64,000 nucleotides of DNA from Azolla caroliniana (lineage: Eukaryota; Plantae; Polypodiophyta): the NCBI GenBank assembly GCA_043228905.1, contig JBHGNT010000015.1:930001-994000 (forward strand), read 5' to 3'. How positions within the stretch are numbered: position 1 is the first letter of the stretch; every line of letters starts with the position of its first letter. Under the pieces are notes generated by a model. It was given only the letters and a program-made list of their open reading frames with translations. It made no database searches and was not told the DNA's origin. This document shows, one piece after another, positions 22,532 to 37,300 of the stretch. The position numbers and the translations under genes are program-made.

Positions 22532-25500
22532 TCAATACTGCTTCTTCCCTTGTTGTATTGCATTTTCCACATAAACCTTATAGCTAGGGGAATATGGAGT
22601 GTACGTATGATACCAAATAAGCATAGACAGAACAAAGATATTAGCAGCAAAAAAGCTAATGCTTGCTATCCACAGCCCAAAAAACACATTTTTTCCTTGG
22701 AATTCCAAAGCGTAAGCCCATAGTAACCAATGCAGTTGGGCAGTGGTCCACACCACCATGCATGTCAGGCCTTTCCACATCAACTTCATCCTGCTCCATG
22801 GTAGGATGAGAGGAAACAGACAAAAAAACCATACAAAATATTGTGCTGTAATGACCTGCATGTAAATTCCATAATATTAGTAATTGCAAACAGATTGAAA
22901 ATAAAGAATTTCTTCTATAGACACGTTGAGGATAATATAACCTTATTAAAGGCCACAAAAGCCACCGTTTGAACAAAAAAGCAGAATGGGATATCCTTGG
23001 CATAGAATGCTGTCAGTGCACTCTGGACCAGGAATTGGGGCACAAATGAGAGAAGCCTTTCCAATAAAGTAAACTGGTGTTCATGGTGAAGATATATGTG
23101 GTAAAAGTAGATGGAAAAGTTGTGTCTTGGATCAGTTCTTGTGAGATGATATAGTAGAGCTTCATACAGGAATTTATCTCCATAAAACCAGTAGCAAATA
23201 CCAGTTAACAGAAAAAAGACACCTCCAGAAACAACCCCAAAAACTATCCTGTTTCTATTCACAACTTTCACAAAATATGAGATGTTGAATTTTTGTACTT
23301 CTGTAGCTTTCCTATTCTTTTTCACTAACCCAGTATTTTTTGCCTCATCTAAGGTAGAGCAACTCATATAGCTGTTGTCAAGAACAATCAATATAGCTAT
23401 GACATAAATAATTGGGTAGATACGAAAATGCACCACAAAACCATACCAAACGGCAGCTTCAACGAGTCGCCCTGTATCAAATTAGAAACCATGAGAAACA
23501 GATGTTGTAGGGCATAAAGCTTATTTCACATGAAATTTCTAATTTCTCCTATTGACATTACATTTAAAACAAACTCCTGCAACAATCTTGTATCAATATT
23601 ATTTAATGTCTAAATATATATATGCAAAGCATTTCATAAAATCAAAGTTCCAGGTTGATAGAGTACCTTTTAGAAGGCAGAGTATTATCCTTAATATTAT
23701 GCAGCAAACCATTGCCTCACAATTTCCTCGTGTGGCTATTGTAAAAGTGAAAGGGTTGAATAGCCATAAGGCTGTACATTTGATGCTTGTAAAATCATTA
23801 ATGCCTCGCAAAACCAGAATCTGGTGAATCAAATGCCCAGCAAGCAAATCTGAGGTTCAAAATATGGATGTTAGGACTATGTGCTGAATGACCCATATAT
23901 CTAAATTCTTTGCAAGTCCAAGAGAATACAGGTTTACAAAAGACCAGTAAAAATAGAGCAAGTATATTTAAGTTATACAAGAAAATGATTCACATGGCAT
24001 GAAAATGTTTTTTGTTTATCTTGGGCCCGTTTTAAAACATTACACAATAAGGAGTTTAAGCTTACTCTCTGCAAACTACTGCTGCAGATACAACTAAATA
24101 AATCATGATTAAAAACAAACAAATAAAACAGGATGACTTTGGCATAAGTTCACTCACCTCATTACGAAGCAAAAACTAATTATATCATACCTTTACAACA
24201 CCAGAAGTTCCTACCTCACAAATTAAAGATAATTGCAAATATATAGCTGTTGAAATACAAAACATGGGCAAAAATATACAAGCCGAGTTGTTTAACAAAT
24301 GAATTCTTTAACAAAAAACCAGTACATCAGGTCAACGAAAATACACAATTAGAAAAAAGTATGGATAATTAATGGGTACAGCCGTAAAAGAAGTCTAATG
24401 ATCATAAGCATACTGTGCCAAGTTAATAATTATTTTTAAAGCTTGCATAAATGTTATTTTCTGATCCCTAGATGATATTTTCTTATTGTTGATTCTGTCA
24501 CGTTTTTGTATGCTGGTCAGCAGTTCCACACGTCACATTTCCTATGCAAAACAAAACGCCAATCATCTTCTATGTTCTGCAAATCCAATGACTTCATAGA
24601 GACTTAGAGACAATTTTGAAACGGTGTTTTTTAGGTTTTCCCTTGTAGGTTCCGCTGTGTCCATGTTTCCATTTATAATTTTTTTAATTTTCATAATGAA
24701 TGCAAACGAATTTTCTATAAACCAATGCAATGCCCCAGTCAGATAATTACAAAAGAAAAAGTTTTGTTTCCCTTCCAAACAAGACAATTTCTTTATTTAT
24801 ATTAGCACTTACATTAATCATAAACATAGACTTGTAAGACTAGGAAAACAACTTCCACAAACAGTACTGTTGTTCACAATACAGAAGACTTTGCACACAT
24901 TTCACTGAAAAGTTGGGAAAGTTACTTCTTGGAATAGGACTTTCGTACAGTTAGAATGCAAATGATGTACAAGAGGAAATAAAGTAGCCCTTGGCAATAA
25001 GTATATATAGTCGATAAAATCTAGCATGAATGATTAGAATGTGTTACATCTAATAACTTAGAACCAGAAACTCTCTCCATAAGGAAGAAGTAGAGAAAAA
25101 GAAAAGCCGTGTGGTCTTTCTTTTAGAATTTCATATATTTATCTTGTACTAATGAAAAGGGGATTTTGCTCTATGTGATAGCATACAATTACCAAGTTTC
25201 TTGATAAGAAAGGAATTAAGTATGATTAAATATTGAAATATTTGCATTTGTGAGGGCATTTTTCACGAGTGCCTCACGTATGAATTCAAGCACAACTATT
25301 TATAGAAATATTCGCTGCAATTTTTTGACATTGATCAGAGCATTGGTCTCATAGGTCGAAGGTCGGCTTAGAGCTCGGTTTGTTACAGCATTGGTCTTAT
25401 AAGTCGAAGGTCATGAATTCAGGCCCAATCTTGAACTTATTTCTAGCATCCATTTATTGCACATCTACTCTAATTTGACTTATTTCACTATTTATTGCAC

Positions 25501-26070
25501 ATTCATTTCTCGTTTCTAGCATTCATTATTGCACTTCTACTCTAATAAGCTTACTTTACAATTTATCTTTATTTTTTTATTTAAAAAATATTTAACTAAA
25601 CGAATGATTTTTTTCCATTCTTCATGAAATTTATTTTGCCGATATTTCAAATATTCTCTACCACGGAAATGGCAAGCTTTTTTGTTGTTTTCAGCATAGA
25701 TTGAAATATTTTCATTCGTCAAAACATTCAAGAAGTACTCGGATCGTTCCAAGTAAAGAAATCTTCAAGAAAAAATGAATTGCTTTGACATACCTGCAGC
25801 AGAGAAGAAAAGCTTGCCCCAAGCTGGATGTAGAAGGACATTAGGAACCAAGAAGAGAGCCAGCAAGGGAGAATATCTGTACGTTTCTCTTTCGAACGGA
25901 GACCTTCCCTTGGCGAGAAGAGCGGCGGCGTCGGAGAAGACCTGGTAATCAATGTCCGTGTATCTCACCTCCATGTGAGCATCCTGCCATTCGCCGAAGG
26001 CGATGAAGAGAAGGCGGAGAGCGGCAGCGGCAAGAAGGAGCCAGGTTGTCTGTGTCATGGCCATGGCCAT
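22532..26070 (-). CDS. PIGM: GPI mannosyltransferase 1 (PIG-M / PEANUT1 homologue), four exons
   Basis: Exons 26070-25794, 23849-23667, 23471-22942 and 22855-22532 are all GT-AG and in phase. Motifs: [89 protein letters not shown]. Confidence 0.95.
25330..25437 (+). pseudogene. Degenerate tRNA-Ile(UAU)-like sequence or SINE head, with a partial upstream duplicate, in PIG-M intron 1
   Basis: AGCTCGGTTTGTTACAGCATTGGTCTTATAAGTCGAAGGTCATGAATTCAGGCCC resembles plant tRNA-Ile(TAT) D, anticodon and T arms, but the acceptor stem is poor. A partial copy AGAGCATTGGTCTCATAGGTCGAAGGTC lies just upstream. Confidence 0.55.
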
Positions 26071-26074
26071 GGCC

Positions 26075-26122
<48 letters not shown>

Positions 26123-26449
26123 CAGACAGTTGGAACCAAAATTTGAGTGTTTGTTTGTTTTAAGTTTTAAGTGTTTTGAGTGAGATTCTGGACATAAGAG
26201 AAGAGATCATGCAATTGGTAAGGAGGAAGTGCCCGGACAACACAAGGAGGCGGACATCTTTTTTGTTCGGGGCTCGATGGCCCATGTGTGCTTCTGTGGT
26301 CCATTTGTCGGCCATTCGATATCTGCCTCCTACACATATACATGGCCGGGAACAATTCGGCCTCGCCCCACACGCACTGAACTGATCGGGTGCCACACAT
26401 GATCTGTATCATTGTGTTGTTGTTGCTACTAATATTAATTGGAATCGGC

Positions 26450-26700
26450 AACGGTTCGGTTTCGGCTAAACCAATTTGGCCTTGTCCAACCCAAACCGGT
26501 TAAACCATAACCGGTTTGGGAGTGAGTTTTCAAACTAAAACTGAACCGATTTCTTAATCGAGCAAACTATTTAACCAGTTCGGTTCAACTTGAGCCTTAG
26601 CACTTGCCATGCCAAGCTCAAGCCTAAATCAAGCCGAACTGAACAGGCAAACTGTTTAAAATGGTTTAACAACTAGGTTTTAGGCTTGAGCTAAGTCATT
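26450..26700. repeat. GGTTCGGTT/AACCGAACC motif-rich non-autonomous DNA-transposon-like relic upstream of PIG-M
   Basis: Clustered CGGTTCGGTTTCGG, AAACCGGTT, AACCGA and GCCGAAC motifs. No clear terminal repeats. Confidence 0.4.
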
Positions 26701-27050
26701 GCAGACTCATAGCTACTATTATGCCTACAAATCGCAGTTTGGGCAAGAGAGATGGATTTCTTTACCGTGATAAATGTGACACTTTTTTACTATTAAGTTT
26801 GGATTATGCGTATTGTCTACGAGAAAACAAGGTGGACAATTTAAATACATCATGATAAACCAAGTTGGCCGTATAATCAGTCCATGATTAACCCATGGTG
26901 CATATATTCGCGCACACGTGCGGCACCAACGTACCTTGCTTTTCTATGAAATATTTATATTCGATCGTCTTATGTGTGAACAAGTCATCATATCCAAAAA
27001 CAAAAGGTTCAAGTACATGTCTGCAAATGTGAATTTATTATCATGTGTTA

Positions 27051-27309
27051 TTAGAAATGCATGCTAAAGGCGCACATCATCATTTAGAGGTTAAACTTGA
27101 AAGAAGCAAATGATCGTAGATTTCTTACTTAATGCATGTTCAAAGTAAAATATAGCATCGATCTTGACATTGAGAAGAATTAGAAATGCATGCTAAAGGC
27201 GCACATCATCATTTAGGGGTTAAACTTGAAAGAAGCAAATGATCATAGATTTCTTACTTAATGCATGTTTAGAGTAAAATATAGCATCAATCTTTACATT
27301 GAGAAGAAA
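27051..27309. repeat. Tandem duplication, 2 x 129 bp
   Basis: TTAGAAATGCATGCTAAAGGCGCACATC...ACATTGAGAAGAA starts at 27051 and 27180 with few substitutions. Confidence 0.93.
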
Positions 27310-28934
27310 GGAACTTCAAAGTCTCCCTTTGCATTAGGGTAACCCCAGCTTGATATCTATACATTTAAAACAATTGAAGTTGTGTTATATGCATCCCATA
27401 TTGAAGTGTCATCCACTTAGTTCACCTCTAGTCAATGTTGTTCCCCATGTCCAAACTCCTAAACATTGATTTGTCTTGCATGACCTACTTATCAATACAC
27501 TCAAATAATGCCTTTTGTGGCGTCTACTTTAATGTTTTAGGCTTAACCTCACATACCAATTCTACAACTAATTTAAATTGTATAAGATTAGCATAGCCAC
27601 ATAAATGTTTATCCTAGGAACTAAGACAAACCATAAGGACCTATGCCATGTGGCAACACATGCCGGTTTGGGGGCCTTATTCGTTGAGCTATAAAAAAAG
27701 GATTGTGTACTCTCTTCTTTAGATTCTTATTATTTATTTATTTTCCAAACAAAACTCCATCCATTAGTTATAAAATTTTATAGATAAAAGTGTTATAGAC
27801 AAATCCCTATCGGGACGCGATAGTTCCATCTTATGTGGATGCCCACTGACTCAAGAAAGGGTGAGAGCAACCACTCTTGGATGAAGGCTAGTCGTTATCT
27901 TTCAACTCCATCGGAGACGCCCTTGAGGCCATCGTATTGGCTCTATAGAGTGGCTAGAACTTCACTCCATATCTCTTGCATTGACATTATTGGATGCGTT
28001 GTTTGGTTGGAGAAGAACCGTCTCTGTTTAGATTTATTCAATAACCAATGTACAACATACAATAATATTTTAGGTATAGGACACTAATTGTATTTACTGT
28101 TTTTCTCATGTCCTTTGCTCCATGTTAGTAGGTGTGGTTGAGCGCCCTTGATTCATTATTCCCATTAATTTATCATTATTTAGTTTGTCGTTAGTTTGAT
28201 CAGTGATATTGTCATACACGTGCAATTGTTTTGTATTCCACGCAATAATCAGTAGTGAAATAACAACAACATGGAATGATGTCATTCATCATGCCACAGT
28301 TACATGTCGTCAATGTATTCTTGCATTGGAATTACATAACCACATGTAATGTGTCTAATGTGACATATTTTTTTGATATGCTCAATCATAGCAATTATTC
28401 CTTGTACTTTTTGTACCGCTTGAAATCCATAGTGCAAACATTATCACGCATTGTTTTAGTCATCATCACCACTTCACCTCCACGGAACTAAGGATGCACT
28501 TGGGTCCCTTACTCTTTTTATAAAGGCCTATACCATCTTTAAAATCTCCGTAATTTTATAGCCTAAGAATATTGCACGTATTTCTTATTGTTTAAGTTTA
28601 TAGGTACATGCTTATTGCCATTATTGCCAGAAGATGCTACCGATAAGAAAACAATGGAAACATTGATGGGATGATTGGCTTAAGGGTGCTCAAACATAGT
28701 AACCAAGCATCCAATGTATAGAATTGTTCAATAAGGTTATGGTTGTAACAATGATATGACTAGTCATTCATATATGACAAATGACGTGGTCTTTGTAAAT
28801 AACTATTTACAAACATGGGTCTTCACATACAGTTATCCTATAAACTTCCATCAAAACCAAACAATATATGACCATCCTTGTGCATGGGGCCTTTGTGTGT
28901 CTGCCATTTAGGCTTGTCGCTATTCGTGTTCGTC

Positions 28935-29349
28935 TAGCATAACATTCGGTTTCATACGTTGGAAAACGAATGTGAATGTTATTCAAACATTCTTGTGTTC
29001 CCCCCCCCCCCCTTTACTAAGGTTTTTTTCCCTTTTTAGGGTTTATTTACCTCATAATAAATAGTTAATCCAAAAGTATGTTATTCCATGCTCGAATGTT
29101 TCAATCATTCGCGAAGGCATGTATGGTACATACTATGCTCGAATGCATTGGCAAACTTTTCGTTTCATACGAATGCACATGTTATCAATACATTCTCATG
29201 TTTTTATTTTTACTCCTTTTACCTTAAAAAAACTTTATCTTATAATAAATAACGAATACAAAAGTAAGATATTTACCATACGTTGAGGGTGTTTACCATA
29301 CTCAAATGTTTGAAACATACTCGAATGAGAATGCACGTATGTTTCATAC
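28935..29349. repeat. Dispersed non-coding repeat (two related sub-units), related to 4350-4548 and followed by (CATA)n
   Basis: The units at ~28945 and ~29161 share GTTTCATACG..GAATG..TATCAA..CATTCT..CCTT..ATAATAAATA..CCATAC..CGAATG. Confidence 0.65.
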
Positions 29350-29354
29350 ATACA

Positions 29355-29385
<31 letters not shown>

Positions 29386-29484
29386 TAGTAATTATTGATA
29401 CATACATACTGATATAAGTTTATAACACATGGGGGGGCACATATACATACGTCTTGGTTAAGAGAGAGAGAGAGAGAGAGAGAA

Positions 29485-30930
29485 ATGTTACAAATGTTCA
29501 ATTGATTGATTGGATTGGTGGTAATTTGAGGGACAAATTTATGTATTGGAAGTCTCAATTATGGCCCTTTCATGTACGACTCAAAGTGGTGCAATGTATC
29601 TTGATACCCATGCTATTATATTTTTTGCATTTACTTCCTTAGACTAAGAAGGCATTACAATGCATGTTACAACCTATTTGGTTCATGTTGTGGCGGAAGG
29701 GAGAAATGATGGGAGTTATATGGATTTCATGGGACCATTTGGCTACTCCTAAAAGGCTGGGTGGTGCAAGAATATTGGATTTGGAAAGGCATTCGATGGC
29801 TCATAGATTTATGTCAACAAGAACAACCATGGATATCTATGATGCAATATTTTATTGAGCATGAAGGATTGGTGCATGGGAAAACAAAGATTCAAGCATC
29901 AGGGTGGTCACTACTGAATGGAAGTATTCCTCTAAAGATTCGACATTCTGTGTGTGGACAACATTTGGTAAGATCGTGGTAAGATGCATTATCTCTTTTT
30001 GAACAGGGACCATCAAGTGATCGAGAATATTGTAATTCATTACAAAATGAATTGGTTGTTTCTTCTCGAGTGTTGTTTTGGCATGGGAAAGAGAAGTTGA
30101 GATCTCAATTCGATCGTTTATTTCGATTGGGGATTGTACATTTGGAAGACGTGGTTGATAATGAATCTCAAAGGTTGTCAGATTTTGAAGATGCCAAGAG
30201 ATGGTTATGTATTTCCCTAAATTATGTATTTATTTGGGAGAAATTACATGATATACCATTGTTGCAAGGATCAGTGCCATTGAAAACCAAATTTGCACCT
30301 TGGGTAGATTGGTGGTTACAAGATGGTACATGCTTGTTACATGTCACTACAAATATATCGTATCATCATGCGATGACATCATTATCTTGGTTATCTCCTA
30401 AAGCAACGAAGTTGTGGAATGTATATAAGTCAGAGGTGGTGGAAAATATTACAACGTGGTTGGCATTCCCATCTACCATTTCGTGCAAAGGTATTCATAT
30501 GGAGAGTCATGATTGGTGGGCTCCCATTAGGTTCGGCCTTAAAGAGATGAGGACTAGGGCTAGACACTTGTTTCTTTTGTACCATTCCATTGGAGGAGAA
30601 TACACATAGGTTCATTAAATGTCCTATAGCGTGTACCATTTGGAAGTACTTATCGGACATTTGGCAAGTTTTAAACTCGTTGTTGTTTGAGACCTCAACA
30701 ATGGGGTTTTTCTCAATATGTTCAAAATGGATCAAATGATGAGATGGAGATATTGTTCCAATTTTTACGTTATTGGGGTCTACAACACAATTGGAATAAT
30801 GCATAATGCTTTCATGTTTGATAATAGACATGGGATGAAAGCCTATATAAAGAAGCTTAAAGGTATTCTCACGTGGAATTTTTGGATGTTAGAGCATGTG
30901 GGGATCATTTTTTCAAATGCATATTGAGGT
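29485..30930 (+). mobile_element. Degenerate L1-type LINE fragment (RT C-terminal region and zf-RVT)
   Basis: Frameshifted pieces LRDKFMYWKSQLWPFHVRLKVVQCILIPMLLYF and FMLWRK..WISWDHLATPKRLGGARILDL match the L1 'W..l..pK..GGLG' motif. A downstream KVFIWRV..C.FC-like zinc-binding remnant is also present. Confidence 0.8.
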
Positions 30931-31270
30931 TTTTTAATAGCATTACAGAAAGTACCTCTCCCCCTACATAGGGATATGATAATAGGTAGAGGAGACTGAG
31001 AAGTGTTGTAACTAAGTGGATTTTACATACAATTGATATGTATAATTGTGTGCTTTTACCGAAAGAAGAAGAAGAAGAAGAAGAAGAAGAAGAAGAAGAG
31101 AGCTCTAAAGAAAAAGAGAAGGTAAAGTTAAAAGAATACAGAAATTCCTGCTTCCAATTTCCCGCTCTTTGTATGTGTGACACTGTTTTTCCTGCGTCTT
31201 CGTCTGCCTGCCCAGTGCAGTGCCTGTGTCGTCGAAGGGAGAAAGGAGAAAGGAAGGAAGGAAGGAAGGA

Positions 31271-31309
<39 letters not shown>

Positions 31310-34300
31310 ATGGCGATGGAGCAGAGCCCTTGGATCGCTGCATCCCAGCTTCCGGCCTCTTCCAGCTTCCCTCCTTCGCCATGGGAGCAACGCCACCGAG
31401 ACGAAGTTGCCTTCCGGCATGGTGCCCCCCCCTCACTTTCACAGCCAGATGCCGCCGATCTCCCTCCTTTCTTACCTCAGATTCATCGACAGCAAACATT
31501 TCCGCTATTCTCTGTTCGGGTACACTTCTCTTCTTCTTCTTCTACCTCTTCATGTCGTGTTTTCTCATTTCTTAATCCAAATTGCGGCTAAATACGCCTC
31601 TTTGTTCTCTTTCCCCTGCCTTTGAACTATCCACATCAGATCTTTTTTCTCGATTGTCTCCTCTTTCTATCCCCCACGCATTTCTTAATCTAAATTGTGC
31701 TTAGGTATGTCCATATGTTTTATCTCTATCCATGCCATGCCCTCTCCGCATCGCCTTGTAAACTGCTGAAGTGCTGGAAAGCTCATCTTTCAAATGTCTA
31801 CCTTTGTTTGTAAGCCGAATTTGGAGACAGTAAAGTGTACACATTTTATTTGCGTTTCTCCATACCCGCACCTCTCTATGCTCCACTTTGCCTCCTCTAT
31901 TAATCTGTATTTCTAGACAGAAAATATGGCACTGTTTTCTCCATATTTACACTCCGCATTGATTCATCTGCAAGTTTATGCAATGCCGGAAAAACATATG
32001 CGTTCATCTGTCTTTTATTATTATTTCTTTGTAAGCTGAAAGCAGTGTAAGCGAAAGTGTGTTTAGGTATGTCTTAAATGCGTCATATTCAATTGTTTTT
32101 GCGAAGCTGAACAGCAGACAGCGATAAGGAAGTGCTTATAGTTGTGTTTCTCCATGTATAAACTGTTTAATTTTCAGATGTCTTGTGCGTAAACTGAAAA
32201 ATTGAGGATAGTGAAATATCCTTATAATCCAAGTTTATCAACGTCTACAATTCTCATTATGCACATGGTCTGCCTGTTTCTAACATGATCCATGCTGAAG
32301 AGGTGAAGACCATGCCAACATTTTGCATAGTCTACATGTTTTCGGCTTGTTATATAAACATAGTGTGTGCTGAAATGGTGACTTTAAGTTAGTGCATTTC
32401 TCCATGTCTACACTTCATATGCTTCACAGTTCGTGTTTGTTATATAAAAAATAATGTACGCTGAAGTAGTGATAGTAGATGGTGTTTAGATCCATGCTTA
32501 TGCTTGTCTATTGATTTGTAAAATCCACATGGCTGTTTTGTTTGTAAATTGAGCTGATGTCAGAAAAATGTACTTTTGATCTGTACTTCCTACATGGTGA
32601 CGTTTGATGTAAAATTAACCAGTGATGAAACATCAGCTTGTATACTCAAGCACATGCTGGTCTCTCATTGTTTCATTGCTTGGACGTCAGTAAAAAGTGA
32701 GTTTAAATGTCATTTTTGTCGGAAAATAACAAAAACTAAATGCATGGAAAGTTAGATTGATAATATCAGTCTGGCTAATATAATTTGGTAATATTACAGG
32801 AAGCTGAGCTGGTTACAAAGAGCTTGTATGCTCTCCAGGGTAGTCCAGTGGCTGTTCGGGAGTTGCAACAACTGTCCAGGTTATTTTCTCATCAAGTTAC
32901 CGATAGAAGCTCACATAGACTATCAAATCTATGGCAGAGATCAGCTAGCACAAAGGCTCTAGGAAAATTACTTGCAGACATGGCTCAAGCAGGTTGCATT
33001 CGCATGCAACTTGAAGAGTTTGTAGACTTTTTTCTGAAACCACAAAAGCAAAACATACATCTTGAATGCTTTGTTGCTGGTTATGAAATGCCATCTCTTC
33101 GTGATGCAAAGGTGAAAAGAAGAGGCAAAGTCAAGGTCAAAGAATTCCATGATGCTCGTGTCAACAATGAAGATCTGAATTCATCACCTCCGTATAGCCT
33201 TGTCAATCAGGCCTATGCAAGGGCTGTAAAAACTGTATTACAAGGTCATTCAGCTGCTCTGAACACTCTGACAACATCTGTCCTGTGTAGAAGATCAGCA
33301 GAATCTTGCAGTTATGTCAGTTTAGATGTCTTGGATGAGTGTGTGGGTGCGGTGATTTGTGACCCTTGTGAAATAACACTTTTAGAGCTCTTTTTGCACA
33401 CAAACAAATTGAGAGAGCAACTTCACATATTAGCGGCTCTATGTTTGTATGATATCAATGCGAAAAACCCAGGAAAGGAAGATTCTGAGGAGCGTGGAGA
33501 CTGGTCTATAGAAGTAGTATTTTCTGCTGATGACATTCCTTCTACAAGGGCATTTATGGATTTCAGCAGGTTCCCCAAGGGAGCAGATTTATTGACCTTC
33601 CTATACAAGCGATTACAAGTGAGGTTGTCTTTCCTTTACACACTCAAATTGCTGCGTATGTTTACAATCAACATAATATAGGGTAGTGCTACATGCCAAG
33701 AGATTGTATGCTTTTGTTAACCAAATGTAGGAAAGTATTTAGACGCATTTTTATCAAAACTTATTGTACAGATCCGTTATGAAAGTTAGATCGGAGATGG
33801 TAGCTATGCATAACAAAATCAACAATAATTAAAAACTTTTGAAAGCTTGATATGATTGAATTAATCAGTCTTTAATAAACCTCACATGTTTGCAAGAACC
33901 GTCCCAAATTACTACATTGAGAGTTGAGAAGTTTACACAGGACAATCATCACAACTAATAATTACAATATCCTATGCATTTGTAAGGAATGAGCATTGGC
34001 TTGATTTCCATAAATGAGTGATGTTCACAATTCCAATTCAAGTAATTTAAAGCTACTTTATTGGGCATATAAGTGTTTCCATACCTTGAGATCACTTTAC
34101 AAGCCTGTGATCCTTTCTGATAATGGCAAATTTGAGGAATTTCAAGGAACAATCTCAACATGCAAAAGCTCTTCACAACGGTTTAAGCCATACAATGCTC
34201 ATGCGAATATTTTTCAAACACTAAGACCAGTGCTTGCTGCTCTCAAAATAACTTAAGAATGGGTATGTATAATGAAATCCAATGTGTTCCCATGTTTTTC

Positions 34301-37300
34301 ATTATTGTTTACCCTTGGTCAAACATGTGGCCGGCCTTGTGCATTGTACAAATAGATTCAGAGGTCGACAAAACCAATCATGTGCATCATGAATGACATT
34401 GGGACAACCACCACAATTACAGTAGACTATATTTGATCTCTTCCTAGGGTTGATTCTTTTGCTTGGATGAACTTACTTGTAATACCCTTAGCTGTGTTCT
34501 CAAAGTCTTTCTCATATATCAGTAAAGAGGTTTCTCTCTGATAAGGTGCAAAATGAGCTCTGTTTTTTGGCAGCATGAAATGTAAGAATTCGTTAGTAGT
34601 GAAATCGTAATTTTTTGATATCTGCAGGAAGCTGATACTGGCAATGTTGAGCTGCTACGGTTTTTGTTTTCTTCTGCTTGCCAACCATATTTGTCATTTA
34701 TTCAGTCTTGGCTATACCGTGCCACTGTCAAAGATCCTTATAAAGAATTCATTGTGGTAGAAACTCTGGTCGCAGCAGATACACATACTTGGGGCATGAA
34801 GAAAGATAATCATTTGTTTTCCTTAAAGGTGAAACTCTTTATTAATAATCCAAAAGTACTCAGGACTTATAGATTTCATTCCATCTGAAAGGCTTATTTA
34901 CCATTGCTATGATTGCAGATGCAAGCTTCAGTGTCTGCACCTTGCTTTTTGGAGAACATATGTAATCCTCTATTACGAGCTGGTCAGCAACTGCAAGTTT
35001 TGTTAGGGCTAGCTGAAACTGGCATTGCAGACATTAGTCATAATTTGGAGCACTGCACATCTGATGGATTTGGAATGCTGAAAAGCGCGCTGAAGTACTG
35101 GGCAGAATTTGCAAGTGAAGATTCTGTGTTCTTTCCTGGTTTAGTCTTTAGTAAAGGAAAGCTACTTGCACTAGCTAAGGAGCGTAGAAGTAAACGTCAT
35201 GCATTAATGCAGAACTTTGATTCACTACTTTCAAGCCTCCGTTCCCATACTGAAGGATTTGGTTTATTCAGACATCTGAATGTAAGAAAGATTCCTGTTA
35301 ACAGAAAGTGTGTGTCGTGTATGTATTTTCTTTAGATTTTAAATGATCTTTTCTTTTCACTAATTCTATACCACTACTCTTGTGATACATCACTGTTAGT
35401 CAATGGCCCCAGAAAATAATGTACAAATAATCCTTTAATGTAATATGTTTGACAGAATTAATAAAATTACATATGTATGGCAAGTGGCTTTCAGATACTA
35501 ATGGAAATGGAATTCTGGTATCGAAGAAGAGTGATTAATAAAATCTGTAGATATATATTTACGAGATGTTTATTTGTTTCATGCTGATTTGAAGGATTTA
35601 ATGATGCTACAGATTGAAAAAAGAAATGTTCATGATGTAAATCATGAAGTTTTGGAGATTTCTGTTCAGAATGAGAATGGCTTAAGACATCTTCTGACAG
35701 AGTAAGTAATGTTGTATCTGTCACATGATTGCATTGTTAATGTTTATGGTGCTCTCAAGCACGTGTATGATTGTGCCTTTGCAGGGAGTGTAAGAATGAT
35801 GAGTCGAGAGACCTCATGACCACTGTACAGACACACGAAGTACCAACTTCTCCAGCTTCAGAATGGTCTTATGAGCAGCCTGGAAATGAAAGTGGTATAA
35901 ATAGTTCCCAAGGTTGTAGTGAGAAGGATGATGACTTGATGCCTCAAAATGAACAAGAATCAACACAGGAGAGTTTCTCTCTGTTAAAACAAAGAAAAAG
36001 GTGGGAAAAACCTACGGAGGCAGTGGTAGTTCATAACAAAGCAGAAGTACTTTCAGAGAGAAAGGTGTCGAAATGTGTGCCATATCCGTCTGAGCATATG
36101 TCTGAAATTGGCACTATTTATGGAAGGCTTTCTCAGATTGATAATTCAAATTTATATACTTTGGGAAATTTAAAATATCATGGTTATAGTTTCCCTCCAT
36201 TTGGAACTGCAGACTCTTTTTTGAAGCTCTTGCTGGAAGATCCAAGTGAAGATGAACTGTCATCAATGCTACAGTCATTGAAGAAAGATAGTGGTGCTTC
36301 TTTTTTCTTTCCAGATGTACATGTAGATAAGATTAATTCCGGAGAGTATTTTGGGCGTTCATTTATTCACAAACTAGCTCAGAATTATAACTTCTCTAGC
36401 TTGTCTCAAGATGGTGGTTACAGGAAAACTGTGCTCAATTTTGATATGATTTCTCGAGTATTTTGGAACTTCGAAGACTGTATAACCAGTGAGAATTTCA
36501 ATTTCAAGGTTCCATTGCGTTTTTCTTCTACAAACACTTCAGATACTACACAGAAACCAATATCTTGTACAGATAATGTTCATGCAATACACACAGATAT
36601 GAGTTACGATACAGTAAAACAAATGACAGTCCAGAAGTTATCAGAGAATTCAACAAGAAAAGGAAAATTGATTGTGGATAAATTTCCTGTTCTTGAAAAT
36701 AGGGTTGAAACATTGGTAAAAAACACAAATGACATGGGTTTGAAAATGGTTATAGTAGATCATGCAGTAGAGACAGATGTAAAGTCATGGCAAAAGAAAG
36801 AGATTTCTTCTGGAGGGGCAACATGGGAAACATATTTGACTGGAAATAGAGGAAAAACAGAAATTGAGTCTCTTGTCATTTCAGAAGATATATTGGCTGA
36901 TCTAGACATTCCATTAGAGGTTATTGTTGACAACTGTATCATTCAAGAAGTTCTTTGCCAGTATCCTATATCTGTGTTTCTATAGCAAACATGCATACAG
37001 TCTTAGCTGAGTTTCTGTGAGCATCAATTTGTTTACGGTTTATTAACTTGTTTCTGGTAGATGGAAGGCATCGATATTGTTGTTTTAAGCTAAAATGTCA
37101 ATAAAACCCTTTGGGTTGATGGTATACTAGTTTCATTTGTTTGTTTTTGTTTTAAAATGAAGAAACTGTTTAGGTAAGAAGTTCGTTTTGCAAAGCTGAC
37201 TCAATATTCTACATCAATACAGATACACCATCAAATGAGATATCTGCCAATATTAGCAACCATCTGATAGCTTATGTTTGAGTTTCCCAATGCAGCATCT

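Noticed and set aside
30905-31625. ORFs of 171-195 aa around the GCP6 start
   Set aside because: They are kept open by (GAA)n and (GA)n microsatellites. Only 31310-31519 fits the GCP6 exon chain.
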